Shown here: piece by piece, positions 42,801 through 56,886 of the stretch
How the letters are laid out: each line of letters begins with the position of its first letter
Numbering within the stretch: position 1 is the stretch's first letter
Source: Balanoglossus misakiensis
Lineage: Eukaryota > Animalia > Hemichordata
Direction: 5' to 3'
Length of the DNA: 64,000 nt
Assembly: GCA_040954595.2 (NCBI GenBank)
Contig: CM082581.2
Span: forward strand, 12,088,286-12,152,285
Notes under the pieces: generated by a model
Told to the model about the DNA's origin: nothing
Database searches by the model: none
What the model saw: the letters and a program-made list of their open reading frames with translations, nothing else
Made by a program: the position numbers and the translations under genes

Positions 42801-45800
42801 CAATAAAATGAGGTACATGCTTAAGAAAATGCGTACGAAAACATGAGACAAAAAAAATTGGCAGGTTTTGATCGGTATCTTCATGGTTGTGTGTATTCAA
42901 CCTGGCGAGTTCTGCAGGTATGGAGGAAGCTTCTGTTTCTCAGGCAAATGGCGTCTCGATCTATATCTTGTATGGATGGACATTAAAATACCCGAGTATA
43001 AGATATTTATTTCTTGTCAATCAGGTTCATAAGATTAAGAAACATCAGTATGAGATTAAATTTATCAATATGGTACCATGGTGACCATATGTAACCATGG
43101 TGACTGATGTTAAATGTTTTCCGTGGTCTAATTCCGTGTTCACCCAAAGAGATAAGATGGTAGTATCTTGATGTTTATTACCACACTGATCAAGCTTCCT
43201 TTTTTATGAAATGAACTTTCTCGTTTTACTCCTCTGTTGCCAATCTGAATGTTCGTACAGAAATAAGTAGATTGTTGTTCCTCCCCCACCTTCACATCGA
43301 TCAGAGCGGCTCCGACAAAATCCCTGTGATATTGATTCCTGTTCTTTTATAGAAGGTCATGTAAGTGATGTGTAATACTTGTGTCTGGTTGCACACTGCA
43401 GTCCGAGTATTAGACGCACTTTCTATGCCTTGAGATTTTGCTTCTTAGGCTCCGGGTGGATTAAGAAAGAGAGCGAGTACCGAACTTATAGGAGAAAGTA
43501 ATCAAAGGTGGCAGGTGCAGTAAACTTAAAGCAAAAGGACATAGTGTTTACCCATTGTGACTTCCGTCTTATATCCAAGATGGATTTAGCAGTTAATCTT
43601 TCTCGGAAAGAATAATGTTGATGGTGGGATAAGGCCAGTTGGCTATATTATGTTTTGTTGTGTGGTTCAAAGTACGTGTGATATAGATTGCAATTCAGTG
43701 TTAAATTCTCCCGGTGTGGACATATTTTACCTGTAAAGTTTGTCAGCATCTTGCAGAGATGTCCCTGCCGAAATGTGGAAGTAAATTTTCAATCCTAGAA
43801 TTGACAGTTGACTCAAAATTGTTTGCACATCTTAATACGGCATGTGTGTCACTTCATGACAAAAGAGAACATAAATAAATTACTTGAAAACTACTGCAGG
43901 AAAAATAAGTTGTGCCGATCAGCATATTAAAGTAAAATTGGATCTCATTCTGCTGGTGTCCTGATTTCACTTACTGAACTTTTGTGCTCTTGTTCTTTTT
44001 ATTTTTCAGGATCCCAGATTTAACCGAGAGATTGACAAGAAGACTGGATACAAAACACATAGCATTCTATGCATGCCAATTTGTAGCCATGAAGGCGAAG
44101 TCATAGGGGTTGCCCAGATCATCAACAAAATCACCGGCCAACATGAATTCACCTCCAAAGACGAACAGGTAAGTCTATAGTCATTCTCTTCTGCATCTGT
44201 CGGGGAGATTTCCTAGTCCAAGGATTCATGGAACTGTTTGATAATTCCATCAGGGATGTTTTATGTGACTGTATATTCTGATTTGCCTGTAGAATCTTTG
44301 TTTTCTCAGGCAGTTCGAGAGAGATAACTTTAATTGTGATCGACACGCAATTAAACCCCTCAGAATTCACCAAAACCCATAAACTCACTGGTCTTTTCAG
44401 TGTGACGTCTTCGTGCCTTTGACTAACTAACTGAAGAGCATGGCCACATTTCAATTTTATGATAATCACATTGTGAACAGTACCAGACAATGAATTCTGT
44501 TCCCCTGTGCCGTTGCCGTTGGAGATGGTTATTAATCATTGTGGCGTACACCTTCTCAAAATTTAATAATCACTGTGGTGAAAGCAGCCTATTAAATCAG
44601 AAACAGTCTATTTGTCGTGGTGTCTGTGTTTGCCTGCTGTCAAAGGGAGTTCATTGATTGCGCAGAGGTTTATTAGTATTGATTGGTGGATGGGTTTAGA
44701 ATCGCCATAGCAATAGAGAGCTGTGAGCAAAAACGATGTGCCTTTCAGAGAGATAAGCATATTCTTGTCAAATGTGGGTTTTCCCACGCAACTGTTGTGT
44801 GCTAACAAGCCGATGGATTGAAGAAAAAAATGTCACACGCAATTGAAATCTGAAATCTGCCATGGCTAATTAACAGGTTTGTAGAAATGATCTGCAAGAC
44901 AGCTCTTGTTACACTCCAGTTCAAGTCATTAAATCTGTCACGGCTAATTAAAGGTGTTTGTTGGAATGATCTGCAGAGAAGATGTCATTCTCCCTGGACA
45001 GTCTTTGTGGTTTGGTTAGCCTTCCGATACATTGTATTTGTATACCCAGTTAGTGGATGGTTCTATGTTAGTGAGGAGGGTTCATTTCTATAATCATGGA
45101 ATGACATTCAGATGTGTGTAAATTATGATGACTTTTGCAGTTTAGTAGTTTTTGGAACATTTCTTGTTGCTTTTTGTCAAAACTGCTGGTCTGACAGCTG
45201 CTTTATTAAGTGTGCACTGCAGATTCATTGGAGTTAAACCCTGCATGATGCCATTCTAGGTGAAAGCTATAGTTAAGCTCTAAATAATAAAGGGATTTAG
45301 GGCGTTTTTGAGCTTATAGCCATATTCAATCTCTTTAAACCATAAGCCATATTTTGTCTTCAGGTGCTCCTATGATTAGTCCAATTTACTGTCACAGGGA
45401 TTTGGTTAAGTAGCCTTATAAGAATCACTTTTCCATCTTTCTGCATTTCCATGACAACGAAATTCCATAAAGCCTGACCTTGGGATTTGTATCAGTGGCC
45501 GGGTTGCTTGTTCTGAAAATGTACTCTAGATCTCGCGAGAGACCGTGACGGTCGTTGAAGATCTGATAGTTCGACATACAGACCACAGTGTAGTGATTCC
45601 ATTCTTATGCATCAGTACATTGTACCATTCACCTTTAATTAAGCAAGCAAAATGGATCGAGAGGCCATTACTGATAGAAGATCCCTAATGAATATTCTTG
45701 TTTATCACTGATGACATCTTCAGTCAATGCTGCAGTGGTAATCAGGACAGCTTGAAAAGAGATGTTGATGCAGAATAGAAACATAATGAGTCCCAACAGT

Positions 45801-48800
45801 GAACCAATTACCAGCTTACACAGTCCCATTGTCACTTTACATTTGGTTTTCTATAATTATCTGATGATCTGGGACAGTTTATCGAGATTCCCATAAGATG
45901 CCATTGAAGTGCCTAGTTGATTGATTCTTGTTTTCTGTGTGTGTTTTCTGCACTTGCATGTAGTGTTTGTGATGTGCATAGATTGCTGTTTGATCTACAC
46001 CCTTTGGTGATGTTGGTTTTTGCTATCACAGATGCAGTTCTGTAGTATGTGATAAATATGTCGTTGTAAAAAGTGGTCGTTACGGGGTGAAATGCCCATG
46101 GTCTGCGTTGTACAGCTGTTAGAAAACTTGTTTTTTATCATTAAAAAATGGTTGATGGTAGGTGCTGTGTCTTTGAGGATATCCTTCGAAAAATCACGAA
46201 TGTCTTAAAGGTTTCACACGAACCGGTGAAATACACGTAACATTTAACAGATCCCTGCAGCGGTTTAACATTCAGAAACCCACTGGAGGTACGAACTGCG
46301 TGGTGGTTTGTCTGTCATATTCACCGAGTGTGGTGTTGTTTAAGTGTGCAAGCCTCAGGGATATTTCGTCCCACCAAAGCTATTCTATGAGAAACCAAAC
46401 CAGGGTGCCTTCAACAAACATCATATTCAGACGTTTTTTAGAAGTTGAGAAATGATTAAAAAACATGTTCTTGTCCCATGGAGAATTTCTGCATCAATTT
46501 AAGCTTGTATTAGTACTACTGGTGAATAGTGTGTTCTTGCTGTTGATGCATGCATAAATATTTCAAGCAACAACAAAACAAGAGATAGCAACTGTGCACA
46601 TCAATTAACCAGGGTTTGTAAATTGCATGCACGTACCCTGATTCATTGCTTTGCTATAATCTACAATACCTACAAATGTCAGATGTTAAGTATTAATCAT
46701 TTTTGCTTGTTAGATGTGTTTTTGAATTATTAATTATTTCTAATCTGTATAGCATAGAGATATATTCAACTCTCCGAGTTCTCTGCAGTCTGCAGATGTT
46801 GGGCATACAGTGGTTGTGCTTACTTGTTATGGTGACCGTCAACAACATCACCATGGCAACCATTGTTTAGTGGCGTATAAACTGGGATGCCTGATTTCAT
46901 AAATTGCAAAGGACGACAGAGGCGGTTGATGCCATTATATTAAACATGACAAAGTGACAACAAGATAGCGCTAAAGAAGGTATCGAACACCGCAACATTT
47001 CTTTCTTCTCTTCGTAAGGCCTATTACAAAATGGGTCAATCAATCAGAAAATAAGCACGAAAAGAGGCACATGAGACAATATCCTTAAAACAGCATTGCT
47101 GGTCAGTCGCAGTTTATTTTGCAGCTTTGTGTTGTGAGTGAAATGCATGAGAACACACGTAGTATTCGGTTGAACATTTCATCCAGTTGAACTGAGCTGA
47201 AAGCTGTCATGGTGAGCGTACCCAAAGTCGTGACCACCTTTGTGAGATCTACGCACTTGTTCAACCGAATTGTGAAGACTACGAGAATGAAGGTGTAGAC
47301 CAAAGCAGTACAGTACATGTACATTATTTCAGAGCGTTTGTCTGTAGAACTCCTGCTGAGAGGTTTATACAGGCATTTCAAAAAAAGTTGATAAGTACAG
47401 TACCTTGTGTAGATGTTTTTTTTTTCTTATTCATCATTATCCCTCTGGATTTCATAGTTCGTCTCAGAAGGAGGGGAGTCATCAATTATTTTGAACCTCA
47501 GCACAAAGGGATATCAAATAAAAGGAGAGAAAATAGAGTTTTCCACCCATTGAACCAAAGTTTCCCCATGAATCAGTGAGTTCAAAAAAGATGTTTCACA
47601 GCTGGGTTGAGGAATACAAGTGATATCGCTCTCTGTGGATTTTGTTGGTGTGAGCAGTCGGTATGTGGGCGCACTATCTAGGTTGGGGTGTAGGAGAAAC
47701 TGCGAGTGAAGAGAGTTGGACAGAAGATAATTATCGTGGGTCATTAAAATCAACCGAAATTCATGTGTATATTGTTTTCATAATAAACTAAGATTTAATA
47801 AACCCTGCACATATTAAAGCCCCAGTATTTCTCGTGTGTATCCATTTTTCATCATCGAAAAATGCCCGTTTTTCCCGTACATTCATCATGGAATACTACA
47901 TAATGAAGACAGAAGAAAGGTTTGGGCAACTGTAGCTACGTGCAAGCTGTAAATATTGCCCGTAACACTTGAAATGATGCGCGGGTTTGTTTACAACGGA
48001 CATGTTGCACATGTCGATCAGCAAACGTGCCACTTTGACATTTGATGGTCAGACCATTTTCGGATTTGATCTGGTTCCATCGACTGATTTCTCCCATAAA
48101 GTTATCTTCCCAAAATTTCGCCGAATTAGTGCGCATTTCTTCGCTGAGTCGCTTGATTTGGGGCGACCAAACCTCTTCCGCATAGATTCACATTTGAGTG
48201 CGCATGCGCACTAGTCACGTGTGTCAACACTCACGTGACTTTCTGTCCGGACAGAAAGTCATTCTTCACTCGTTATATTGTAAATTGTATGAGTTTATGA
48301 GCAGAGCTGGGGATGATGACTGTTCGATTCAGAATCAATTATCATCTACTTTTAGAAATTATAGATGCCGTTTCAAACAAAATTTTGCCCCTACGAGAAA
48401 TACTGGGGCTTTAAGTATGGAACTGCTAACTGTATTCAGGAAATAAATATTCCGTAAAGTGAAATATCATCATATCAAGTCTTATTCTGAGCTAATCCCC
48501 ATGGCCTATCACACTAAAACCATGCTGACAGACTGTAAATGTGCAGATGGTTGAGGGAAAAATTCATAGCGTGAGATATTTGATGACTAGCTCATTTTGT
48601 GTAGGAAATAGGGAAAAATTTTCAAATTTGAAAAACCAGTGTGAGTCAGAATTGCCTTGGTATGCCCAACCACTTCAAATGAGCCATCGAAAGGCAACTC
48701 CGTATCACCTGCTGGTATGGCTGTTTCCTGATTGGCTGTGATCATTTAATTGACGAAATTGTCGTGTGGTTTGAGATGGTCGTAGAATTTTTACAAAAAC

Positions 48801-51800
48801 GTTCGCCCTGCATGGGGTCTTGCATGCAGTCTGGGGTCCCAGCATTGCCAAATAGTAAAATAAGGTAATCATGCAGTATTAAAACCATTACAGTCAAAGT
48901 TATGACTTTACTTCTCGCTAGATGGGATTGACAAGATATCATTGAGGTTTTCTGTGGAGAAAGTGTAATGATGATCTTGGCAGACAGGTCTTTCTTGTAA
49001 ATTTCAGTCCCATAATGCTTCGTTGGAGCCAGTGTCATCATTTGTTACAGTATTACTGATAATCATGTCTCCAGCTCAGTAGAAATGATAAATTGGTGTG
49101 CTAGCTCGTTTATCAATAAATGTTGAGAAATTTCTCTGATGAGAGCCATTAATTCAGATTCTCTTTGACGAACTTGACAACGTAATGTCTCATCCAGAAG
49201 AAAGACTTATAGACACTAATGATCTGTTAGGGCATCAGACTTTCATTGTAGAGAAGAGCAGAGAAGAAAGAAATGTCTGTGTTTTTCTGATAGATGGTAT
49301 TGATGAATTCGTGGACTTCATATTTAATGGACTAGATGGCTTAGTTGCAGTCACACTCACAGAGCAACAGTGCAATCCTACTGGAACTTGAAAGCCACAT
49401 GGCACAAAATACAGATTATTTGATCATCATAATAGTTGGAAAACTGTTCCCCTGTCAGGCAATAGTTCCAAAAACACAATGACATTCAATGTGGAGATAC
49501 ACGGCAAACGATTTGTGATATACTTCTGTTGTATACCTTCGATATCACAGGTTTCAGATGTCACCAAATATAGTTCAGCAGTTACGTGACAGCCTCCTTT
49601 TAAGGAGCAAATAATTTATGTGTTTTTAAAATTCATGTTACTTAAAGATAGTATTAATTATTTGTATATTCAGACAGAGTACACAGCTAATAATCAAATT
49701 TAATCAAAGAAACAACACATCAACATCAAACCTACTGTAACTTTGCATCCATATTGTTTCATTTTGATTTATGTTATTAATGAAGCAGAGATCGACACGT
49801 AGGAAAAGATAAAAATTGATGGTTTTCATGTTTGTCGAAACACAATGCTTTGCTGACAGTTTCCATTAGTGATGAAGTCTTGAAGTAGGGCACATCAATC
49901 AACCAAAGAACAATACATCGATAAAATACAATAAACCTGGTGAGTGATGATCTACGATCAATTTTAATCAGGGGGCAACAACATCAGCTGTGATTATAGA
50001 TTTTCAGAAAGAACAGTGACAGGTTGACACAATTGTCACAGTGACAATCACATGCACAATTCATGCGCACTGTCGGTACTGCTACATGGAAATGCAATGG
50101 TCAAACGGCTACCTTCGGAGGCTGATCCTTTATAACCTGTATATAAGTTTACGTTCACGTAATGCTGAGGTTAATAGTTCTCTCGGTCACTGCTGGAATG
50201 AACTTGTGGGATTTTATAGAAAGGAAGTGGACATGATGATGAACTTTTATGGTCCATATAAAGTCCCGCTATAAATGTTTATGTGCATCAAATTTTTTTA
50301 GACTGTTTAACCAAGATCTTACAAGTTACAGGATATGCGTACCAAATATCATCTTATTACACATACTGCATTACACTATGTGCAGACCATACAGTCAGTC
50401 GTTTTCTTGTCTTCTAATATGTTAGTATTTTAAAATTTCTACGCTGTAGAGGGCTTAGGTTTCCTTTCCTTTCCATGGAACCAATGATTTGGAACTGAAT
50501 GGAATTTTCCTCAGTCAGTATATCATAGTCTGAACAGTTCAATTTCCTTGCATGTGTGAATGCTGTTTCCTGTGATGCTCATAAATTTTGTAGAGTACAC
50601 TCATGCTTCTTGAACGCGACTACATTGAGTGCATGTAGCGGTAGTAGTAAAAACTTTCTGATTTGGTTGTAAATTTGATGTTGTTTATGTAAGGATTTTG
50701 AAGGATGTAGTATAGTGAATTTATAATACAGTAGACAGGATGTAGAAGAAAACCACTGATACAAAATGTAAACCTAAATTTGATATTCCGAGTGACCTTT
50801 GAGTTTTTCCACCCACTTTCCTGTCAAGGACATTCCTGATAGCTCTTTAAATTCCGGGAAGACAGGACTTAACCATGGAAACATGGAATAAAGCTAATTA
50901 TTTTATATATAGAGATTTAATTCGGACATACGGTAGTTCTCTCTGGTACAATCAAAAATGTCCTACCAAGTGCTCCTTGAAATTGACATAAGTTTATCCT
51001 TGAAAAAGCACTTGAGAAGTCCTTGAGATATACTCGACTTATGGAAGTCCCAGAAGGTTCTGAAACTTTAAGTGTTTCGTGTCATGAACCGCTTTATTTC
51101 AAATAAAGTTAAGGTATGATGTACTGTTGAGAGTCACTCACTATAGATTTTCTTGTCTACATTCATCATGCATAGCTGTATTAAAACACCACATCACCTC
51201 ACACAAAACTGCAGAATGTTGTATTCTGTTCGGAGAGAGCTGATCACTCAAACTGTGTGCCAACTATGATTTCCTCCAGCTCTCTTGCGCTCTCTACATA
51301 ATTGATATCATGCTCATTGGTCACACGTATGACTGATTAGTATCGGCTGCCAGATCCAGAAACTCATACCCTTTACTGTAAATGTCGTCACAGTGCAGTG
51401 AGTCTGTCGCTTCCAATTTTGGTCTGAACGATACCTCTGATTTCCGTTCCCCGTTAGATCTATCAAATACAGTTAGCACAACTTAGCGTTTCTTGAACCA
51501 AGTAAACGTTTTTTTCTGACAGCAGTGAGTGTTATTATAGTCTCTTCCTTCAACTTCAAGCTTCTTCGACTCAGTTTCCATGAACCATTTATTTTTATCA
51601 CTCATCTAGATAGATGAGCAAATACCTGTTTAAGGTTGTGATAACTTTGAAATGCAGAAGTGACAGGCTGTTTTGCTTGTCGATTTGGTACACTGCTGAC
51701 TTAATTTCTAATCAGACACACAGACTGTAACCTAGAAAAATAAAATATGAAAAGGGAAAAATTGATCAGGACTTGTCAATGTCAGTTTCAGCATTTTTCA

Positions 51801-54800
51801 AGACCTGTGTTTGCTGTAAATAAAAATGTAAGAAAAAAGGTGAACACTTTTTATAGTTCCAGTTGAACTACAGAGCTGTAGCTTTATGTGATGGCATGTG
51901 GTATCCATGGAGACGGTACTGATTGGATGCAGTTGTTTACTAAAGAGAGAACGCACATTGGCGTTATCCCAAATGATGTCACCTGACGGTTGTTCTGACT
52001 TTCAGTTAAATGCCTGCAGTGAATCGTTGATTGTCAATTGGGTGTGCCCCAATTGCTTGGGTCTGAAAACTCTTGCAATCACCGTGGCTTACGGCTGTCG
52101 TCATCGGTCCATCATAGCTTAAGCCTTCTTATGGTCATTAGCACACAAATTTTCACCAGATACATAAGTTGAACTTCAGTACATCCTTCATAATGGGACC
52201 TTATACTTGGTGGCTTTTTAGAGCTCACTAATACCGCTGTATTGATTAACTTTGTTTAGATTTGACATGGACCATTTATGAGTTGACTACAACTTCAGCT
52301 TTCCAAGTCCTTATCATTTTTCATAATTTCTGGTTGCCAAGGTAATCTAGTTAATAGTAAATCCAAACCAAATTGCATTATATTTTCGTTTTTGAACATG
52401 AGCTCGGCATTGATTGTTTGTTTGTAATGAGGTTGCGTTTCCATAGTGATGTGTAGAACCTAATCGGCTGCTCAAAGCAGAAAAGGCAGCTTTCAAGTTG
52501 AAGCCTGAGATTTATTCAATGAACGTTAAATTTTGCCTCCAGTCAGATTCACTATCTCATGGATGAAGTGGCTTTTTGAAAATCTACGTCAATGGGAAGA
52601 AGATTAGTATGCTTAATGAATCCAGGATTACATCGTTGAATCTAGATATTTTTCATTGCAGTTTCTTTGTGGGAGTTGCATATAGTCCTTCTGTTGATTT
52701 TTAGTGGACACCCATTATTTTACGACATGATGAATTGCGTTTTGATTTTTAAAAATCCACTTTAGTTGAACTGTTGTAAGTGACCTTGCTGTTCCATAAT
52801 ACTGACAGATAGTTTTAATGTTGATTGTCATTTGCAGGTTTTCCACAACTACCTGACTTTTTGTGGAATCGGTTTGATGAACGCACAGTTGTTTGACATG
52901 TCCGTGCAAGAATATAAGCGAAACCAGGCAAGTCATGTGATCTTTCTGTATCCAGAGCAGTTCCCACAATTCATTGCAAGTCTAAGCTGTCTTCAACACC
53001 TGAGATTTTTCGTTTGGGAGAATCTTTGGTCAGATTTGTGAAGTGTTGTGAAATTTGAGACTATGTGGATGCCAAAAGAGAGAAAAAAAACATGAAAGCT
53101 CCAGATGAAATCCGCACATTATAAAAGAAAACAAATTCTACCAGGTCATATTTAATTTTAATTGCGCATAATTGTTTGTCTCATCCAATAAAATTCATGT
53201 TTATATCTCAGGTGAACCTGGTTCATCTTGCAATTGTCCAATCAGATCCCAGTTAATTCACGTCCGTATTTGCTTCATCCAATCAGATGCTGCTGCAGCT
53301 TGCTCGCGGAATCTTTGAAGAGCAGTCTTCGTTGGAAGGAGTTGTCCACAAAATGATGCTGGAGGCCATGTCATTGCTCAAATGCGAGCGTGTGCTGGTC
53401 TTCATTCTGGAAGAACATGAAGAAGGGGTAGGTATATATAAAGGGCAAAATAATTGCCTTTTTCAAGCTGCGGAGCATTGAAAAAAAGGGAAACTGATTC
53501 ATCCATTGATATGGTGAACATTTGTCCTGTCTAGTTTATTTGTCTGTTAGTTATCCTTAACATGATTACGTCTTGATCAATTTTGTAGTCAGCAACTTAT
53601 GACTAATAACTATGGTAAAGGAAAATGTGTGTGCTGGAGGAAAGTAGTAACAAACAAATATTATATAGGTGTTGCGTAGTGCCCATTGGGCATTGTAGAT
53701 CCTTGTTTGAGCTAGATTTAGACTGGTGAAAACAAATTATGGCACAATAAACTTTGTGAACAAATCAGGCAAATATATACTTTCACATGGTGAATACAGA
53801 GATTGACAATAATGAAAATATGTGCCACAATTTATGATCACCAGTAGTTGTGATTATAGTTGTTTTAACCCAGAAAGTTTAAAATCGGCTTTCCATTTAA
53901 GGCTTTTTTTTAAAGCTTATTACATTTAATTACATTGCTTTTGCATTTAAAAATGAGATTTGACTAGTTTATTATTTTCAGTCGTAAACTTTATTAGAGA
54001 ATAATTTCATTAACATTATAAGAATCGAAAATATTTTCTGAATTATAATTTACATGCTTTATTATTCAGTTGAATAAGTTTAATTTTGAAGTTACGTTGG
54101 ACTGTTGATAACCTAATTTGCAATTTAAACGCTTAATTTAACAGGGGAAAAAGGCTGTTTTACGCTCAGATATGTGATCACGCAATGGCAGATTTCTCGC
54201 ATGCCGTGGTCATGGATGTGTGCATTTTAGCCATAGTAACGCAGCTGTCATGTGTGTTTTGCATGTCATTGGATGAACCCATCGGATTTACCCGGATTTG
54301 TTCACTTTTTTCAATTGCAGATGACCATATTTGAGCGCATGGGAAAGAAATTCAATAAGGTTAATTGTACTCCCCATTTGATGTTATTACCACAGTTTTT
54401 ATAGTCTGCTGCATTTCTTTCCCGCCATTTTTTGGTTTGCATATACGCATGCGCTTTCGGTACCTTTTCCCACAATTCTAAGTTTGCTTTTTTATCAGCC
54501 AGAATTTCACTGCAAATAATGCTGAAGTAGCCACCACACTCACCACATTTCACTTTTTAAATTTTTTCTTCCATCTGCAACAAAATCACCTTGGTTACAC
54601 ATCAAGCAGATGCCAGATCCAAAACTAATTTCATGTTGGACTTTTTTACTCCCCTTTACGTCAACCCTGAAACACCTGCCCTGATTTTTCAAGTGTTTAC
54701 CTCCTTCTTGGCATGGGCACACACAAATTATCTCGTAATAACAGCCTTGATTTTGAATCTTACAGCCTTCTTCAAACTACAAATTGTCAAAATATCAGAA

Positions 54801-56832
54801 CTAACAAGCATAGTATAATTGGACAAATCGACTCTGCAACCTATGACCTTCAATGACGTTTCATAAACGTAGGGGCATTATGCAAACTGAAACTCATCAG
54901 AATTAATGCACACTCTTCCAAGTAAATGTTGATTATCATTATTTTGCTAAATCGTACAAATCTGGTGTATGGAGATTTGCATTTGAAAACAAAATCAATA
55001 AATGCTTATTTAATAACGAAGAATTACAACTTATCGTTATTACATATCAGAATAAGTGGCTCTTATGCAAGTTGGTCCTCTTTTCTCACTGTTTTGCATT
55101 GAGATTTAGTTTTAAAATAGTCCATAAGGTAGACTTAGAGAATAGTTTGCACTAATGCTGCTTTTGTGATAATATTATGCAGCTGTTTGTATCTTGTGAA
55201 TTATGTGACGTGAGGTGCAAGATGTTAAGATTTTATGGCAAGAAGAGTATGGGATAAACCATTGTGTTGGACAGATGGAAAATTTATTTCTCATTTGTGT
55301 GAAGCATATGTTTCAAAATTAGACCAGATCACAAAACTGCCGTCCTTTTTCACAAAGCAAGTTTTTGCTGTCATTCTGCTGAAAGAAATGTGCAGAATTT
55401 GCCACTTTCATGATCCCTAAATTATCTCACTATCTGGTGTTGCCATATCTGATCTTGTCTTAACCCTTTTACCCCCAGTTCCCTTTTAGAGGTCCAACCT
55501 TACCATAGAAGGAATGGACTTGGCCTCAGTGAACCATGGTGGCGAAAGGGTTAAAACAATCATCTTTTATTACCCTGAACACCAAGAAAAACGCCAGCTT
55601 TTGTTTTTAAGATGATTTGAAAGTAGCTATACAGAATGTACACTTTCAGCTTCTTGGCTGACTTGCTGAAATTGATACCAATCTGACAAAACCCCTTCAG
55701 GACAAAATGTCAGGATGTTAGATTGTGCCGAGTTTTTGCAAATGAGCGTTCTTACTCGTTTAGCTCTGTAACAGCTGATCTCATTTGTACTACGTCACCA
55801 TTTTAATACCGCAGGTAAAAATGATGACGTGAAATTATCATCATGTTACAGCCCAGAAGTCATGGCCGAGTGCTTTGATTGCATAGAGTTTAGAATATCT
55901 CAGTTAATAGAATGCTCATTTTATGAACATCAAGAAATTGGAAATTGACTGTCAGGAGCAGAATGACGAGAACTAAAATGGGTTTTTAAGAAACGGAAAT
56001 GGATTCCCTGGTCAGGTGGAAAAGGAATGTCGGACCTGAAATTGGGTATTTGGGATAGAAAATGGAATCTCAAAGTCTGGAAAACCTGTGCATTTTGTTC
56101 TCATGTCCCATTCTGTGCCGTCAATGGTTTAACCCATATTCGGAAATGCTTTATGCTCCAGGCTGTAGTGAAATATTTAATAATGATTTATCAAGAATAA
56201 AGTGGTATAAGATGTAGACTTTTAATTTGACATCTGTTCCAACAGGCCGAGCAGTCCAACTCGCATCTGGTCCAACAAGTGTCTTTATTGTTCATGGTCA
56301 AATTCCTTTGTAATCATATTGTGATGTTTGTGGCTGCAGATCTAAAACAGAATTAGAAGCACCTACAAACAAATTTTATCAATTCAGTTTTAGGTTTATG
56401 ACATACTGGTTCAGCTTGATTATTGTCATGTCACACGTATGCCCCAAAACTCCATAACCCACAACACACCATGGTGCTGTGCAGTGTTTAATAATTGCTT
56501 ATAATTCTATTCCCCTGAGCCTTTTGCACCACTTTGGCAATAATAGGTATTTCCACCCCCAATTAGGTCAATGCCATATCAAATTCTTAAAGCTAATTTC
56601 ACCAGAGTCCATTGCAATACAAGGAGCAGTAATATATATCCACTGGCAATCAGTGCAGCAGTAATTCACATTCAAATAAATGCAGCTGATGCCACACGGT
56701 TGGTTGTAGTGCTTTGGTACCATGTAAAGATGGCATTAGACCTAATGTACAAAATCATGTTCCTGTTCACTTTTGTGTGTGAGTGAGAGAGAGAGAGAGA
56801 GATTTCTATTTTGATGGGTGTATGTGAGAGAC

Positions 56833-56886
<54 letters not shown>

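Noticed and set aside
9139-44000. Numerous 60-140 aa ORFs in intron 1 as nested genes
   Set aside because: No recognisable domains or exon chains, many non-ATG starts; consistent with random ORFs.
49185-49391. [10 protein letters not shown] resembling a NACHT Walker B motif
   Set aside because: No Walker A or splice context; better explained as the antisense shadow of a decayed minus-strand frame.
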